Below are positions 8,682 to 20,797 of a DNA stretch of 64,000 bases, one piece after another (the stretch's first letter is position 1; each line of letters starts with the position of its first letter). This DNA comes from an uncultured Acidobacteriota bacterium (GTDB lineage: Bacteria > Acidobacteriota > Thermoanaerobaculia > Gp7-AA8): positions 480,001-544,000 of the forward strand of contig CAVUKB010000007.1 of the NCBI GenBank assembly GCA_963741955.1, read 5' to 3'. The position numbers were made by a program, and so were the translations under genes. The notes under the pieces were generated by a model. The model was not told the origin of the DNA and searched no databases. It worked only from the letters and a program-made list of their open reading frames with translations.

Positions 8682-10577
8682 ATGGCAGAAGTCAGAACCA
8701 AGGGCGCAGAAGAGGCGATGGATGTCGCCGAGTCGAGCCGGCAGACCGAATGGGAGAAGCCTTCGTTCGTCGGCGATCTCTTCATCGGGAAGTTCAATCT
8801 CGATCTGATTCATCCCTATCCCGAGCAGTCGGCGGCCGATGAAGCGGAGGCGAAGGACTACCTCGACCGGCTCGAGCGCTTCCTCTCCGAGCATGTGGAC
8901 GCCGAGGAGATCGACCGTACGGGAGAGTACCCGCAGTCGGTCCGGGACGGATTCACGAAGCTCGGCGCCTGGGGGATGAAGATCCCGAAAGAGTACGGCG
9001 GCCTCGGATTCAGCTCGACCAACTACATGAAGGCGATCAGTCTGGTCTCCACCTGGTGCGGATCGTCGGTGGCGTGGCTCTCGGCCCATCAGTCGATCGG
9101 AGTGCCGCAGCCATTGAAGCTTTTCGGTACCGAGGAGCAGAAGAAGAAGTGGCTGCCGCGCTGCGCGAAGGGCGCCGTGTCGGCCTTCGCTCTGACGGAG
9201 CCGGACGTCGGTTCGGATCCCGCGAAGATGAAGACCACTGCGGTGAAGTCGCCGGATGGAAAGGGATGGATCATCAACGGCGAAAAGCTCTGGTGCACGA
9301 ATGGGACGGCTGCCGAAGTCATCCTGGTGATGGCGCAGACGCCGCCGAAGATCGTCAAGGGAAAAGAGAAGAAGCAGATTACGGCATTCGTCGTCGAGGC
9401 GAGTTCACCAGGGTTCGAAGTGGTCCACCGCTGCCATTTCATGGGGTTGCACGGCATCAGCAATGCGCTTCTCCGCTTCAAGGACGTGTATGTCCCGAAC
9501 GAGAATCTCATCTGGGGAGAGGGGCTGGGGCTCAAGCTCGCGCTGATCACGCTCAACACCGGACGTCTGACCATTCCGGCGGGCTGCGCGGCGGCGGGGC
9601 GGAAGTCGCTGGAGATCGTGCGCGATTGGGCGAACGAGCGGGTCCAGTGGGGGATGCCGATCGGACGTCACGACGCGATCGCGCAGAAGATCGCCTGGAT
9701 GTCGTCGCACACGTTCGCGATGGAAGCGATCGTCTGGCTCACCTCGGGATTGACGGACCGTGGTGACGTCGATCTGAGGCTCGAGGCGGCGATGGCGAAG
9801 CTCTTCAACTCCGAGATCTCCTGGCAGATCGTGGACGATCTGATGCAGATCCGGGGCGGTCGCGGATACGAGACCGCCGGTTCGCTCAAGGCGCGAGGCG
9901 AGAAGCCTTACCCGGTGGAGCGGATCATGCGCGACATGCGCATCAACAGGATCTTCGAAGGGACCAGCGAGATCCAGCACCTCTTCATCGCACGTGAAGC
10001 GGTCGACCCGCACATGAAGCGTGCAGGGGTGATTCTCCAGCCTCATGCCCCGATGGGCGAGAAGGCCACTGCCGCGGCGAAGGCCGGAGCCCACTACGCG
10101 TGGTGGTACCCGTCCCTCTTCGCCGGCTGGAGCCGTGCTCCGAAGTACGGGGAGTTCGGCCGGCTCGCGAAGCACATCGGCTACATCGACCGTACCTCGA
10201 AGCGTCTGGCGCGCAACATCTTCCACGCCATGATGCGCTATCAGGCGAAGCTCGAGCGGAAGCAGTCGGTCCTCTTCCGGATCGTCGACGTCGGAACGGA
10301 GATCTTCGCGATGTCGGCTGCCTGCAGCTATGCCGTGATGCTCAGGAAAAACGGCAACAAGAGCGCCATGAAACTCGCTGACCACTTCTGCCGCGAATCG
10401 CGTGTCCGAATCGAACAGGCGTTCGACCGCCTCTTCGACAACTTCGACGACTTCTCCTACAAGGTCGCGAAAGAAATGCTCGAAGGAGAGTACGAATGGC
10501 TGGAAGGACGTCTGGTGCACGGGATGACACCGACGCCCGAGCTGGTCGAGCAGATGGTCGCGGAGATGGAAAAGTAG
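8682..10577 (+). CDS. Acyl-CoA dehydrogenase (long, FadE10-like)
   Basis: AFALTEPDVGSD, NGEKLWCTNG, RVQWGMPIG, GGRGYE, RIFEGTSEI; ATG at 8682 follows AGGAG. Confidence 0.92.
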   Translation: MAEVRTKGAEEAMDVAESSRQTEWEKPSFVGDLFIGKFNLDLIHPYPEQSAADEAEAKDYLDRLERFLSEHVDAEEIDRTGEYPQSVRDGFTKLGAWGMKIPKEYGGLGFSSTNYMKAISLVSTWCGSSVAWLSAHQSIGVPQPLKLFGTEEQKKKWLPRCAKGAVSAFALTEPDVGSDPAKMKTTAVKSPDGKGWIINGEKLWCTNGTAAEVILVMAQTPPKIVKGKEKKQITAFVVEASSPGFEVVHRCHFMGLHGISNALLRFKDVYVPNENLIWGEGLGLKLALITLNTGRLTIPAGCAAAGRKSLEIVRDWANERVQWGMPIGRHDAIAQKIAWMSSHTFAMEAIVWLTSGLTDRGDVDLRLEAAMAKLFNSEISWQIVDDLMQIRGGRGYETAGSLKARGEKPYPVERIMRDMRINRIFEGTSEIQHLFIAREAVDPHMKRAGVILQPHAPMGEKATAAAKAGAHYAWWYPSLFAGWSRAPKYGEFGRLAKHIGYIDRTSKRLARNIFHAMMRYQAKLERKQSVLFRIVDVGTEIFAMSAACSYAVMLRKNGNKSAMKLADHFCRESRVRIEQAFDRLFDNFDDFSYKVAKEMLEGEYEWLEGRLVHGMTPTPELVEQMVAEMEK

Positions 10578-10603
10578 AATCGCGCGATTGAACGAATCTT
10601 CTG

Positions 10604-10656
10604 TCGCCCGGACGGTCCTCGCGGAAGTGCGAGAGAGCCGTCCGGGCGATTTCTTC
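10604..10656 (+). terminator. Probable terminator hairpin
   Basis: TCGCCCGGACGG...CCGTCCGGGCGA followed by TTTCTT. Confidence 0.55.
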
Positions 10657-10714
10657 ATTCGTGCGCGATTGGAATTGTGCAATGTCCGGAGAGTCGGACG
10701 ACGATTCCGGTCAG

Positions 10715-10767
10715 CCCGCATTTCTCACAATCGTCTCCTCAGCAGAGACGATTGTGGGAAATGCGGG
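10715..10767. mobile_element. 53-bp mini-element with IS1380-type ends and TCAG target duplication
   Basis: TCAG|CCCGCATTTCTCACA...TGTGGGAAATGCGGG|TCAG. Confidence 0.85.
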
Positions 10768-10918
10768 TCAGGGCCTCCGTCGATCTTTCCTTGCCGGCAG
10801 CCGACGGAGGTCCGGGAAGCGACTCTCATAACCCTCGCAGAATTGGTGAACGATCGTTGAGATAATCACGGGCTGAATCGGAGGCGCGTCCGGTGACCGG
10901 ACGTCGTACACTTGAGCC

Positions 10919-12610
10919 GTGCACCGGAATTTGACTCTGGTCAGTCGCGCCGACCGTGTCGTCGCGGTCGCCCGTGTCGTGCTCGGCTTCGCTTCGCTCG
11001 CGGCGGTGTGGGTCGATCCGTCGGAGCCCGCGAAATTCACACCGTTCACTTACGGCGTGATACTCCTCTACAGTTTGTACGCCGGAGGCGTCGCCTTCTT
11101 CGCATTTCGAACGCCGAGGCAGGTGACGTTCTGGCCGATGACGAGCCACGTGATCGACGTCGCGGTCTTTTCCCTCCTGGCGTATCTCACTGAAGGCCCT
11201 ACCAGTCCCTTCTTCCTCTACTTCGTCTTCGCGCTCTTCTGCGCGACGATCCGTTTCGACGTGAGAACGACCCTTTGGACCGCGGCCGCGGCGATCATCG
11301 TCTTCGTCGGACTCGGAATGTGGGCCGCGCACGTGCTCAAGGATCCGGTGTTTTACTCCAATCGCTTCATCGTTCGAGGCGTCTATCTGGTGGTACTCGC
11401 TTCCCTGGTGGTGTACCAGGCCCGATATCAGGCGAGCATCCGGGCAGACCTCTCGGGGATCGCAGCGTGGCCGGTTGCGGCAGGGTTCAGCGAAAAGGAG
11501 GCGGTACGGGACGGACTCGCGCGGATCGCGGGGATCCTGAGATCGCCTCGGGTTGCCGCCTACTGGGAGCGGCCGGGCGAGCGCCAGCTTGCGATCGGTC
11601 GGAAAGAAGCAGGTGAGTTTCAGTGCGTCCACGCGTTCAGCGACGCTGCCGATTGTTTTGCCGATACGGCGCGCGGATGGCGGAATTTCGTCGCCGCGAC
11701 TCCCGGACCGATTCTCGTACAGCAGATGGATGGGGAGATCGTCTGGACCGACAATCACCCGCTCACCGAAGAGGCGCGTGCCACCCTATCGGCAGCGACA
11801 CTCCTCGCGACGACGTTCGTCGGAGAGACGGTGCGCGGTCGGTTGTTCGTCTGCGACCGCCGCGATCTCGCGAGCGATGACCTCGTTCTCGCCGAGATCG
11901 TGGGGGCGTTGTTCGCCCGGAATCTCGACCAGGTGCACCACGCGACTCTGGTCACCTCTTCCGCGGTGACGGAAGAACGATTCCGCCTCGGGCGCGATCT
12001 TCACGACTCACTTCTTCAATCACTCACCGGAGCGGCGCTGCAGCTTCAGTCCGTGCAGCGGATGATGATCAGAGATCCGGAGGGGGCCCAGGTGCGACTC
12101 GGCGAGGTCCAGTCGGCGCTCGCACGCGATCAGCGCGAATTGCGGGGCGTGGTCGAAGCACTCCAGTCGCCTGACGAAGCAACCCTTCCCGCACGTCTTC
12201 CGGATCGTCTGGCGGGGTTGGTGGACCGCTTTCGCGAATCGTGGGGTCTCGGTGTGGTGATGAATGTCGATCCCGCCGTGGTACTCGCTCCTGCGATCAT
12301 CCAGCACGAGATCTACGGCCTCGTGAGCGAGGCCGTCGCGAATGCGGCACGACATGCAGAAGCCAGCGCAGTGACGGTCACGGTGGCGGTGATCAGCGAT
12401 CGGATCGAGATCGGGATCGGCGACGACGGAAGAGGATTCTCCTTTCAGGGGACATATCGCCTGGTGGACCTGATCCGCATGAGGCGAGGTCCGGTCACGT
12501 TGAAAGAACGAGTCATTTCGCTCGGTGGAGACATGACTCTCGACTCGAGCGGAACCGGCGCCCGTCTCGAAATCACTCTCCCTCTGAGAAGAGATGGAGC
12601 GCGGACATGA
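10919..12610 (+). CDS. Membrane sensor histidine kinase (HisKA_3)
   Basis: N-terminal TM helices, ERFRLGRDLHDSLLQ, EAVANAARHA, DDGRGF; start uncertain. Confidence 0.88.
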   Translation: MHRNLTLVSRADRVVAVARVVLGFASLAAVWVDPSEPAKFTPFTYGVILLYSLYAGGVAFFAFRTPRQVTFWPMTSHVIDVAVFSLLAYLTEGPTSPFFLYFVFALFCATIRFDVRTTLWTAAAAIIVFVGLGMWAAHVLKDPVFYSNRFIVRGVYLVVLASLVVYQARYQASIRADLSGIAAWPVAAGFSEKEAVRDGLARIAGILRSPRVAAYWERPGERQLAIGRKEAGEFQCVHAFSDAADCFADTARGWRNFVAATPGPILVQQMDGEIVWTDNHPLTEEARATLSAATLLATTFVGETVRGRLFVCDRRDLASDDLVLAEIVGALFARNLDQVHHATLVTSSAVTEERFRLGRDLHDSLLQSLTGAALQLQSVQRMMIRDPEGAQVRLGEVQSALARDQRELRGVVEALQSPDEATLPARLPDRLAGLVDRFRESWGLGVVMNVDPAVVLAPAIIQHEIYGLVSEAVANAARHAEASAVTVTVAVISDRIEIGIGDDGRGFSFQGTYRLVDLIRMRRGPVTLKERVISLGGDMTLDSSGTGARLEITLPLRRDGART

Positions 12611-13275
12611 GCATCAGGATCGTCATCGCCGATGACCACCAGGTCGTCCTGAAAGGGCTGGTGCAGTATTTTCTGGAGGAACCGGATTTCGAGGTGGTCG
12701 CCGAATGCAGGAACGGCGAGGAAGCTCTCGAGGCGGTGCGGAGGTTCCGGCCGGACGTACTGGTGCTCGATCTGCGCATGCCGGGAAAAGACGGACTCCA
12801 GGTGCTGCGCGAGCTCCGCGAAGAGGAGAAGCGGCCCGCGACGGTTCTCCTCACCGGTAACGTCGCCGACGACGACGTCGTCGAGGCAATGCATCTCGGA
12901 GTGGCAGGAGTAGTCCTGAAAGAGATGGCGCCTGCGCTGCTCATCCAGTGCGTCAGGAAAGTGCATTCGGGCGGAACCTGGATCGAGAAGGAATCCATCT
13001 CCCGGGCCATCGAGAAGATCATGCGGAAGGAGAGCGTTCTGCAGCAGATGCATGCTCTTCTGACTCCACGGGAGCTGGAGATCGTGATCGAAGTGGCAGC
13101 GGGTGGGTCGAATCAGGAGATCGCCCGGAAGCTCTTCATCTCAGAAGGCACCGTGAAGACCCATCTGCATTCGATCTACGAAAAGCTGAATCTGAAGGGG
13201 CGGATGCAGCTTCTGCTCTTCGCCCGTGAGCAGGGCCTGGTTGCATCCTCACGCTCGGGTAGCAGCGGTTCGTGA
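12607..13275 (+). CDS. NarL/LuxR family response regulator
   Basis: IADDH, LDLRMPGKDG, LTPRELEI, SEGTVKTH. Confidence 0.93.
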   Translation: MSIRIVIADDHQVVLKGLVQYFLEEPDFEVVAECRNGEEALEAVRRFRPDVLVLDLRMPGKDGLQVLRELREEEKRPATVLLTGNVADDDVVEAMHLGVAGVVLKEMAPALLIQCVRKVHSGGTWIEKESISRAIEKIMRKESVLQQMHALLTPRELEIVIEVAAGGSNQEIARKLFISEGTVKTHLHSIYEKLNLKGRMQLLLFAREQGLVASSRSGSSGS

Positions 13276-13616
13276 GATCGGATTTCCGCTTTCTCTCCTG
13301 ATTTCCTCCTCTGATTCCGCCGTCAGGTCGGGATCGCAATCCTCCTGGCCACTTCCTTTGCCGGAAAAGACTCGGGTCACCTCCAGAATATATCGAAAGT
13401 ATTGGGAAGATCTATCTGCCGGTAGATGGGCCACGCTTCCACCGCATCTACACTTCCAGCATCGACTGAAGGCACCAGCAGTGAATCCGGAGTCGACGCA
13501 GCGCTGAACGATGCACTTCGTGCCTCCCCCGGTTTCAAGCCGCTGTGAGCTGGTTGGATTTGGCCCGTACCTGCAGATTGATGATGTCCGGAGTGGACAC
13601 TCAGAAGGAGAATCGA

Positions 13617-14369
13617 ATGAGCACCAACGTCAGAAAATTCGGGATCGTGATCACTCTTCTGTTGCTGGCGATCGCGCCGATGGCAATGGGAGCGAGGAAC
13701 AGCGGCGCGACCGCCGTCACCTATACCGGGCAGGGATTCATCGCCGACGGATTCGGAGGCTATGATCTCGAGACGGAGCTCTGCGGCATCGCGAACGGAG
13801 CAGACGCGGAAGGCCCTTACCTTCTGTGGGTTCTCACCGCGACCGGATCCGAACATGCGTACATCACCGGTCCCTGGGGAACCGAGGAGATGACGAAATA
13901 CGGCAACGGTACGTTCAAGTACATCAGCAACTGGTACGACCCGGACACGCTGCCCGGGAATGTGAGCGCCACCTACGACCAGCCGAAGAACGCACAGCTG
14001 ACGGTCAGCCACGGGTGCCGCCCATATACGAATGGAGCGTGGTGCTCGCCTGGATTCTGGAGAAACGCGAAGGCCGAGGCCTGGGCGCTGACAGGGTACA
14101 GCAGCTCGGACCTGTTCAACGACACCGTATACGACTATTTCTACGGCGCCACATTCTTCGCAGGCCCTACCCTCTCGACGGTGCTGAACAATGCTCCGAC
14201 GTACAGCGGCCCTCCTCTGGCGGGAACCAGCGGGTACCCGTTGAACGCATTCAACGCGACCGGGGCGTTCCTGACCAACAACATTCCAGGCTATCAGTTC
14301 GACCTCGATATGTACGTCAGCTCCTCCGAACAGTGTCCGATCGATAACCACGGCAACTTCAAGCAGTAA
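13617..14369 (+). CDS. Secreted hypothetical protein (WCSPGFWRN motif)
   Basis: AAGGAG RBS, signal peptide, intact ORF followed by a terminator. Confidence 0.75.
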   Translation: MSTNVRKFGIVITLLLLAIAPMAMGARNSGATAVTYTGQGFIADGFGGYDLETELCGIANGADAEGPYLLWVLTATGSEHAYITGPWGTEEMTKYGNGTFKYISNWYDPDTLPGNVSATYDQPKNAQLTVSHGCRPYTNGAWCSPGFWRNAKAEAWALTGYSSSDLFNDTVYDYFYGATFFAGPTLSTVLNNAPTYSGPPLAGTSGYPLNAFNATGAFLTNNIPGYQFDLDMYVSSSEQCPIDNHGNFKQ

Positions 14370-14402
14370 TCGCGCAGCTCTGAACTGTCGTCTCTCTTTC
14401 GC

Positions 14403-14435
14403 GGGGCCCCGTTCGCGGGGCCCCCTCTCGTTTTT
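14403..14435 (+). terminator. Rho-independent terminator
   Basis: GGGGCCCCG-TTCG-CGGGGCCCC followed by a T run. Confidence 0.7.
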
Positions 14436-14476
14436 CCCCCCTGTCCCGTTTCGGCGTCACGGCGGCATCGACTACC

Positions 14477-15802
14477 ATGCGCCGGATGCGTGGTGCAGTC
14501 ATTCGTTCGCCGGGATTGCGCGCGTCGCGCATTCCGATGCAGCGGAACGAGCTCCTTTCCCTCCTCGGCCGTCCGGGATCGGCGGGGATCGAAGGATGGT
14601 CGGAGGAGGGGCTCTGGCGCGTCTTCCTCCCCTGGCCCCGCGAGATCGTCGAGATCCCGTGGAGGGACGCCACGTCGTGGCCCTCCGTGGTCGGAGCTCT
14701 GGATCGCGGACCGATTTCGGCTCCTTCCATCCCGGAAGAGTGTCCGTTCATCGGAGGGTGGGTCGGCTACATCTCGTATGAAGCGGCAGCGGAGCTCGAC
14801 GCTGCTGCGCCACGAGAGACGCCGCCGCCCGAGCCGCCTGCGTGGTTCGCATTCCACGATTCGGGAGTTGCGATCTCGCCTGGAGGGAGGAGCTGGTTCT
14901 TCGGTGCGGCGGACGACGAGCTTGCGCGGAACACGAGCTCCCCCGGCAGAACCATCCGGAATCTGCGATGCAGAGAATTCTCCGAGTCACTCGGACAGAG
15001 CGGATTCGAAGCTTCGGTGCAGCTGATCCGCGACCAGATCTCGAATGGCAACGTCTATCAGGTGAATCTCACGCAGCGATTCGAAGGTCTTGGGGATGTG
15101 GACGGAGCGACGCTCTACGAGGCACTGACCGCGCCGGAGCCACCCCGACGGAGCGCGCTCCTCATCGGAGACGACTGGTCCATTGCCAGCGCGTCTCCCG
15201 AGATTCTCCTCCGCTTCGATCGGCGCCGGGGAATCGCCGATTCGTGCCCGATCAAGGGGACCGTCCGGCGGAGCGGAAACGATGGGGCCGATCGCGAATG
15301 CCTTCTCTCCAGCGCGAAAGATGCAGCCGAGCATCTGATGATCGTCGACCTGGTCCGGAACGACCTGGGGCGCATCGCGCGTCCCGGAAGAGTCACCGTT
15401 CCGGAGTTCCGTTCTCTCCTGAGGCTCGAGCACGTGTTTCATCTCGAGTCCGTAGTCCGCGCCAGCGGGCTTCGCGACGTTCCTCTCGCCGAGATCCTCC
15501 GGGCGCTCCTTCCCGCCGGATCGATCACCGGCGCACCGAAGCGGGCCGCGATCGACCTGATCCGGAGAATCGAACCGGTTCCGCGCGGCGTCTACACCGG
15601 CGCGATCGGGTTCGTCGATCTCCGGGGTCGCACGGAGCTGAGCGTCGCGATCCGAACCGCGGTGACGTCGAAGGACCACGTCCGATACCATGCGGGTGGT
15701 GGAATCGTGTGGGACTCCGACCCCGCCTCGGAATACAGGGAAGCGGAGGCCAAGTCCGTGGCGTTTCTCCGCTTTCTCGGAAAAGAGAGGTGTGAGAGGT
15801 GA
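14477..15802 (+). CDS. pabB: Aminodeoxychorismate synthase component I (chorismate-binding)
   Basis: GGWVGYISYE, YQVNL, PIKGT, AEHLMIVDLVRNDLG, GSITGAPK; paired with an aminotransferase IV; start may be 14537. Confidence 0.8.
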   Translation: MRRMRGAVIRSPGLRASRIPMQRNELLSLLGRPGSAGIEGWSEEGLWRVFLPWPREIVEIPWRDATSWPSVVGALDRGPISAPSIPEECPFIGGWVGYISYEAAAELDAAAPRETPPPEPPAWFAFHDSGVAISPGGRSWFFGAADDELARNTSSPGRTIRNLRCREFSESLGQSGFEASVQLIRDQISNGNVYQVNLTQRFEGLGDVDGATLYEALTAPEPPRRSALLIGDDWSIASASPEILLRFDRRRGIADSCPIKGTVRRSGNDGADRECLLSSAKDAAEHLMIVDLVRNDLGRIARPGRVTVPEFRSLLRLEHVFHLESVVRASGLRDVPLAEILRALLPAGSITGAPKRAAIDLIRRIEPVPRGVYTGAIGFVDLRGRTELSVAIRTAVTSKDHVRYHAGGGIVWDSDPASEYREAEAKSVAFLRFLGKERCER

Positions 15803-16617
15803 AGCAGCTGGTTCTCGCGCCGGATGCGCCGGCGGTCCAATATGGCGCAGGACTCTTCGAGACCATTCTCGTGGTGCGCGGTCTTCCTCTTCTCCTCGGC
15901 GCGCATCTGGATCGCCTGACGGCCGCGATCCGCGAGCTCGAGCTCCCGCCGGTCTCACTCTCGGAGATGGTGGAGGCGATCGAACCCGCCCTGGTCTCGA
16001 TCGGCGCTGCGCCGGAGGCAGTGCTCAGGATTGCGTACCTCGCGATCGACCGCGATCTCGACGAGCGTGCGTCGTGGAGGCTGGTCACCTCTTATGGGCC
16101 GGTGGCTCCGGAGATTCTCGCCCGGCGCAGATACGGGCGGGTTGTGCTGCTCGATCCGTCCTTCCGCCGCGGCCTCGCGCATCTGAAGACCACATCCTAT
16201 TTTCCCGCCGTGATCGCTCTCCGGAAAGCGAGAGCGGCCGGAGCGGATGAAGGTCTCTTCACCGATGCGCGCGGCCGGATCCTGGAAGGGACGACGACGA
16301 ATGTCTTCGCGATCGATGGCGAGGCTCTGATCACTCCTCCTGCGGGGTCAGGTCTCCTGAATGGAGTGACCCGGCAGTGGACCATCGATTGTGCCCGGCG
16401 TCTGGGCATCCGGATCCGAGAGCGCTCACTCTCCGGTGACGATCTTCTGGGCGGCTCGTTTCTCACCGGGAGTCTCACCCGGCTGGTTCCGATCCGCAGG
16501 GTCGACGGCGAAAAGAGCAATCCACCGGGAAAGATCTTCGACCTGATCCGGCGGATCTTCGATCGCGAGGTCGTGGAAGGAGAGTCCGGCGAGTTGCCGG
16601 ACTCCGCGTCAGACTGA
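15799..16617 (+). CDS. pabC: Aminotransferase class IV / aminodeoxychorismate lyase
   Basis: YGAGLFET, HLDRL, LKTTSY, EGTTTNVF, LNGVTR. Confidence 0.75.
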   Translation: MKQLVLAPDAPAVQYGAGLFETILVVRGLPLLLGAHLDRLTAAIRELELPPVSLSEMVEAIEPALVSIGAAPEAVLRIAYLAIDRDLDERASWRLVTSYGPVAPEILARRRYGRVVLLDPSFRRGLAHLKTTSYFPAVIALRKARAAGADEGLFTDARGRILEGTTTNVFAIDGEALITPPAGSGLLNGVTRQWTIDCARRLGIRIRERSLSGDDLLGGSFLTGSLTRLVPIRRVDGEKSNPPGKIFDLIRRIFDREVVEGESGELPDSASD

Positions 16618-17430
16618 AGCGGGCGTTTCTTCGGTCGTGATGGTGTGCGCGAGATCCGCGGGGTCGACGGGCGACTTCGGCTCACCTGCAGCCGGTTTTC
16701 TCCCGGTGACGATCCGGAATGGAGGAAACATGCGGAAGAGGAGGCGCGTGCGGGCGACGTCGATCCAGCCGAGACTCTCCAGCAGCCGGGTGTAGTCGCG
16801 GGTATGGGCGATGTCGAGAAGCACCAGCCGGCCGCCCGGTTTCAGAACGCGCGCGATCTCACGAATTGCTTCGTCACGTCCGGAGAGGTCCGGAATGTTG
16901 TGGATTGCGAGGCTGGAGAGGACCAGATCCGCCGAGCCGTCGATGAACGGAAGGCTGCGCATGTCGGCGGTGGTCAGGTCGATCCGTTCGGAAGTGGCTT
17001 CGGCGTGCGCGTTGGAGCGGACGGCAGAAGGAGAATTGCCGGACTGATCGCGGCTCTGCCAGAGATCGACTCCGATCGCTCGGCCGCCGAGAATGTGTCG
17101 CGCCGCTCCGACCAGGAGAAGCCCCCGTCCGCAGCCGACGTCGAGGACGATCTCATCGCCTAGCAGCTCCAGCGAGTCGATCAGGCGCTCACGCTCCCGC
17201 AGCTTTCCGATCCGGCTGCTGAGCACCATCAGGAAAGCGGAGAAGAGCATCGATGCACCTGGATAGAACGTCCATCCGAAAATTACGGCGCCGGCGACCG
17301 GATGGAGCGGCAGGACGACGTGATGTGCGACGGCCGCGATGACCACTCCCGCGAGTCCGCACAATGCGAGATTCCGCACCACGGGCGGAGCGTCGACGCC
17401 GTAGTCGGCGCGGATGTCGGATCGAATCAT
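16609..17430 (-). CDS. Class I SAM-dependent methyltransferase with N-terminal TM segments
   Basis: VLDVGCGRG, ADMRSLPF, RVLKPGG. Confidence 0.85.
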   Translation of the reverse strand: MIRSDIRADYGVDAPPVVRNLALCGLAGVVIAAVAHHVVLPLHPVAGAVIFGWTFYPGASMLFSAFLMVLSSRIGKLRERERLIDSLELLGDEIVLDVGCGRGLLLVGAARHILGGRAIGVDLWQSRDQSGNSPSAVRSNAHAEATSERIDLTTADMRSLPFIDGSADLVLSSLAIHNIPDLSGRDEAIREIARVLKPGGRLVLLDIAHTRDYTRLLESLGWIDVARTRLLFRMFPPFRIVTGRKPAAGEPKSPVDPADLAHTITTEETPASV

Positions 17431-17502
17431 CGGCCGAACTGATTATCGCGGATCTCGAGGCCGCTGTCTCGCCGCAGCCGGCTGGTCGCAGCAACGGCTG
17501 AG

Positions 17503-19248
<1,746 letters not shown>

Positions 19249-19271
19249 TCACAATTGAGAGGAGGCAGTCC

Positions 19272-19868
19272 ATGAAGCGAAGCTTCGTTCCGGGAATTGT
19301 TCTGTTCCTGTCCCTTGCGGGAGCGCTCCACGCCGCGTCGGGGATCGATCAGGAGCAGGTCACGGTGGACCTCTCGGTCGGCGGTGTCGCAGTCGGAGGA
19401 GGGAGTGCCGAGAAGCTCGCCCAGGTGTTCACCGCGGCGACGACGGGATGTCTGACTCACGTGACGATTCCGATCGGGTGCGATCCTTCGGAGACGTTGG
19501 TGGTGGAGATCCAGGCGACGACGGCGGGAGTACCCAACGGTACCGTCCTCGCGAGCGAGACGCTGCCGGGCTCTCTGTTTCCTTCGATCTCGCCGAGCTC
19601 GCTTCAGGGAGGATTCCGGATCATCGGATTTACACGTCCTGCGCCGGTGACTGCGGGAACCGAATACGCAATCGTCCTCCTCGGTGGTCCTGCGGGCTGC
19701 GGGGTCTTCCAGGGGCCGGCGGGCGATCCCTATGCCGGCGGGCACGGCTGGTTCGACGCCCGGCCGAATCCTCCGGGCTGGATCCAGTTCTTCTCGGGGC
19801 GGGACGACCTGCCGTTCCAGACCTTCGTCGAGACGGGAATCCGAGGCAAGTGTAAGAAGTGCAGATGA
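19272..19868 (+). CDS. Secreted hypothetical protein
   Basis: GGAGG RBS, signal peptide ending ALHA, beta-rich composition. Confidence 0.75.
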   Translation: MKRSFVPGIVLFLSLAGALHAASGIDQEQVTVDLSVGGVAVGGGSAEKLAQVFTAATTGCLTHVTIPIGCDPSETLVVEIQATTAGVPNGTVLASETLPGSLFPSISPSSLQGGFRIIGFTRPAPVTAGTEYAIVLLGGPAGCGVFQGPAGDPYAGGHGWFDARPNPPGWIQFFSGRDDLPFQTFVETGIRGKCKKCR

Positions 19869-19934
19869 GCACGGAACGATGAAATCGGGAGCGGTCAGCC
19901 CTTGCCTGACCGCTCCCGTTTCAGGCGGCGGGAA

Positions 19935-20732
19935 TCAGCGTCGTTGGTTCAGAAGCCATTTCCACAGATCCGCGTTGCCGTACGCCGGGTCCCACGCGTT
20001 GTGGCCGGTGCCCGGAAGCTCCGTGTAACGGACATCCGCGCCGGCCGCCTTCAGCGCCGCGTCCATGTGGCGCGCCTCCTCGACCGGAATGACCGGATCG
20101 TCCGCACCGTGGAAGATCCAGGTGGGGATCTCGCGAATTCTCGCCGCGACGAGCGCGTACGGATCGGTCGAGCCGGCTGTCGCGGGAAGTTGCACCACGG
20201 TGCTCGCGCTCGAGTGTCCGAGGATCCCTCCGCAGATCGGGACGAGCGCGGCGAAGCGGTCGGGATGTTCGTACGCGAGCGCGTATGCGCCGTAGCCGCC
20301 GATGGAGAGGCCGGTGAGGATGACCCGGCGCGGGTCGCCGTGGAATTCGGCGATCGATCGGTCGAGAGCGGTGAGTGCCGCCTCGAGCGGCTCACCGAGC
20401 CAGCGCTCGCCCGCCGGCGCCTGCGGCATCACCACGATCATCGGGACGCGCTCGCGGTCCCACCGGATCGAGCTTCCGATCCCGACCGCAGTCTGCCTCA
20501 GCCCGTCGTTTCCGCGCTCGCCGGAGCCGTGCAGAAACAGCACGACCGGCCACTCCTTCTCCGGCGTGTATCGCGGCGGAACGTAGACGACGTACGGATA
20601 CGTCGTTCCGCCGCGAGTGACGGTGCGGTCGAGAAATCCGGTCTCCTGGTGCGAAGTCATCGTCGTCGAAGCGCAGGCCGTGAACAGGAGTGACGCCACG
20701 ACGAGCGCGAGTCTCATCATCATTCTGCGCAT
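19935..20732 (-). CDS. Secreted alpha/beta hydrolase (esterase/peptidase)
   Basis: FLHGSGERG, TGLSIGG nucleophile elbow, FHGADD, GHNAW. Confidence 0.85.
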   Translation of the reverse strand: MRRMMMRLALVVASLLFTACASTTMTSHQETGFLDRTVTRGGTTYPYVVYVPPRYTPEKEWPVVLFLHGSGERGNDGLRQTAVGIGSSIRWDRERVPMIVVMPQAPAGERWLGEPLEAALTALDRSIAEFHGDPRRVILTGLSIGGYGAYALAYEHPDRFAALVPICGGILGHSSASTVVQLPATAGSTDPYALVAARIREIPTWIFHGADDPVIPVEEARHMDAALKAAGADVRYTELPGTGHNAWDPAYGNADLWKWLLNQRR

Positions 20733-20797
20733 CCCTGAATGTTAGCGCAGTATGTGCCCCGCCGGCCGACGCGCCATCGACGCCGATGCGGGCGTCC

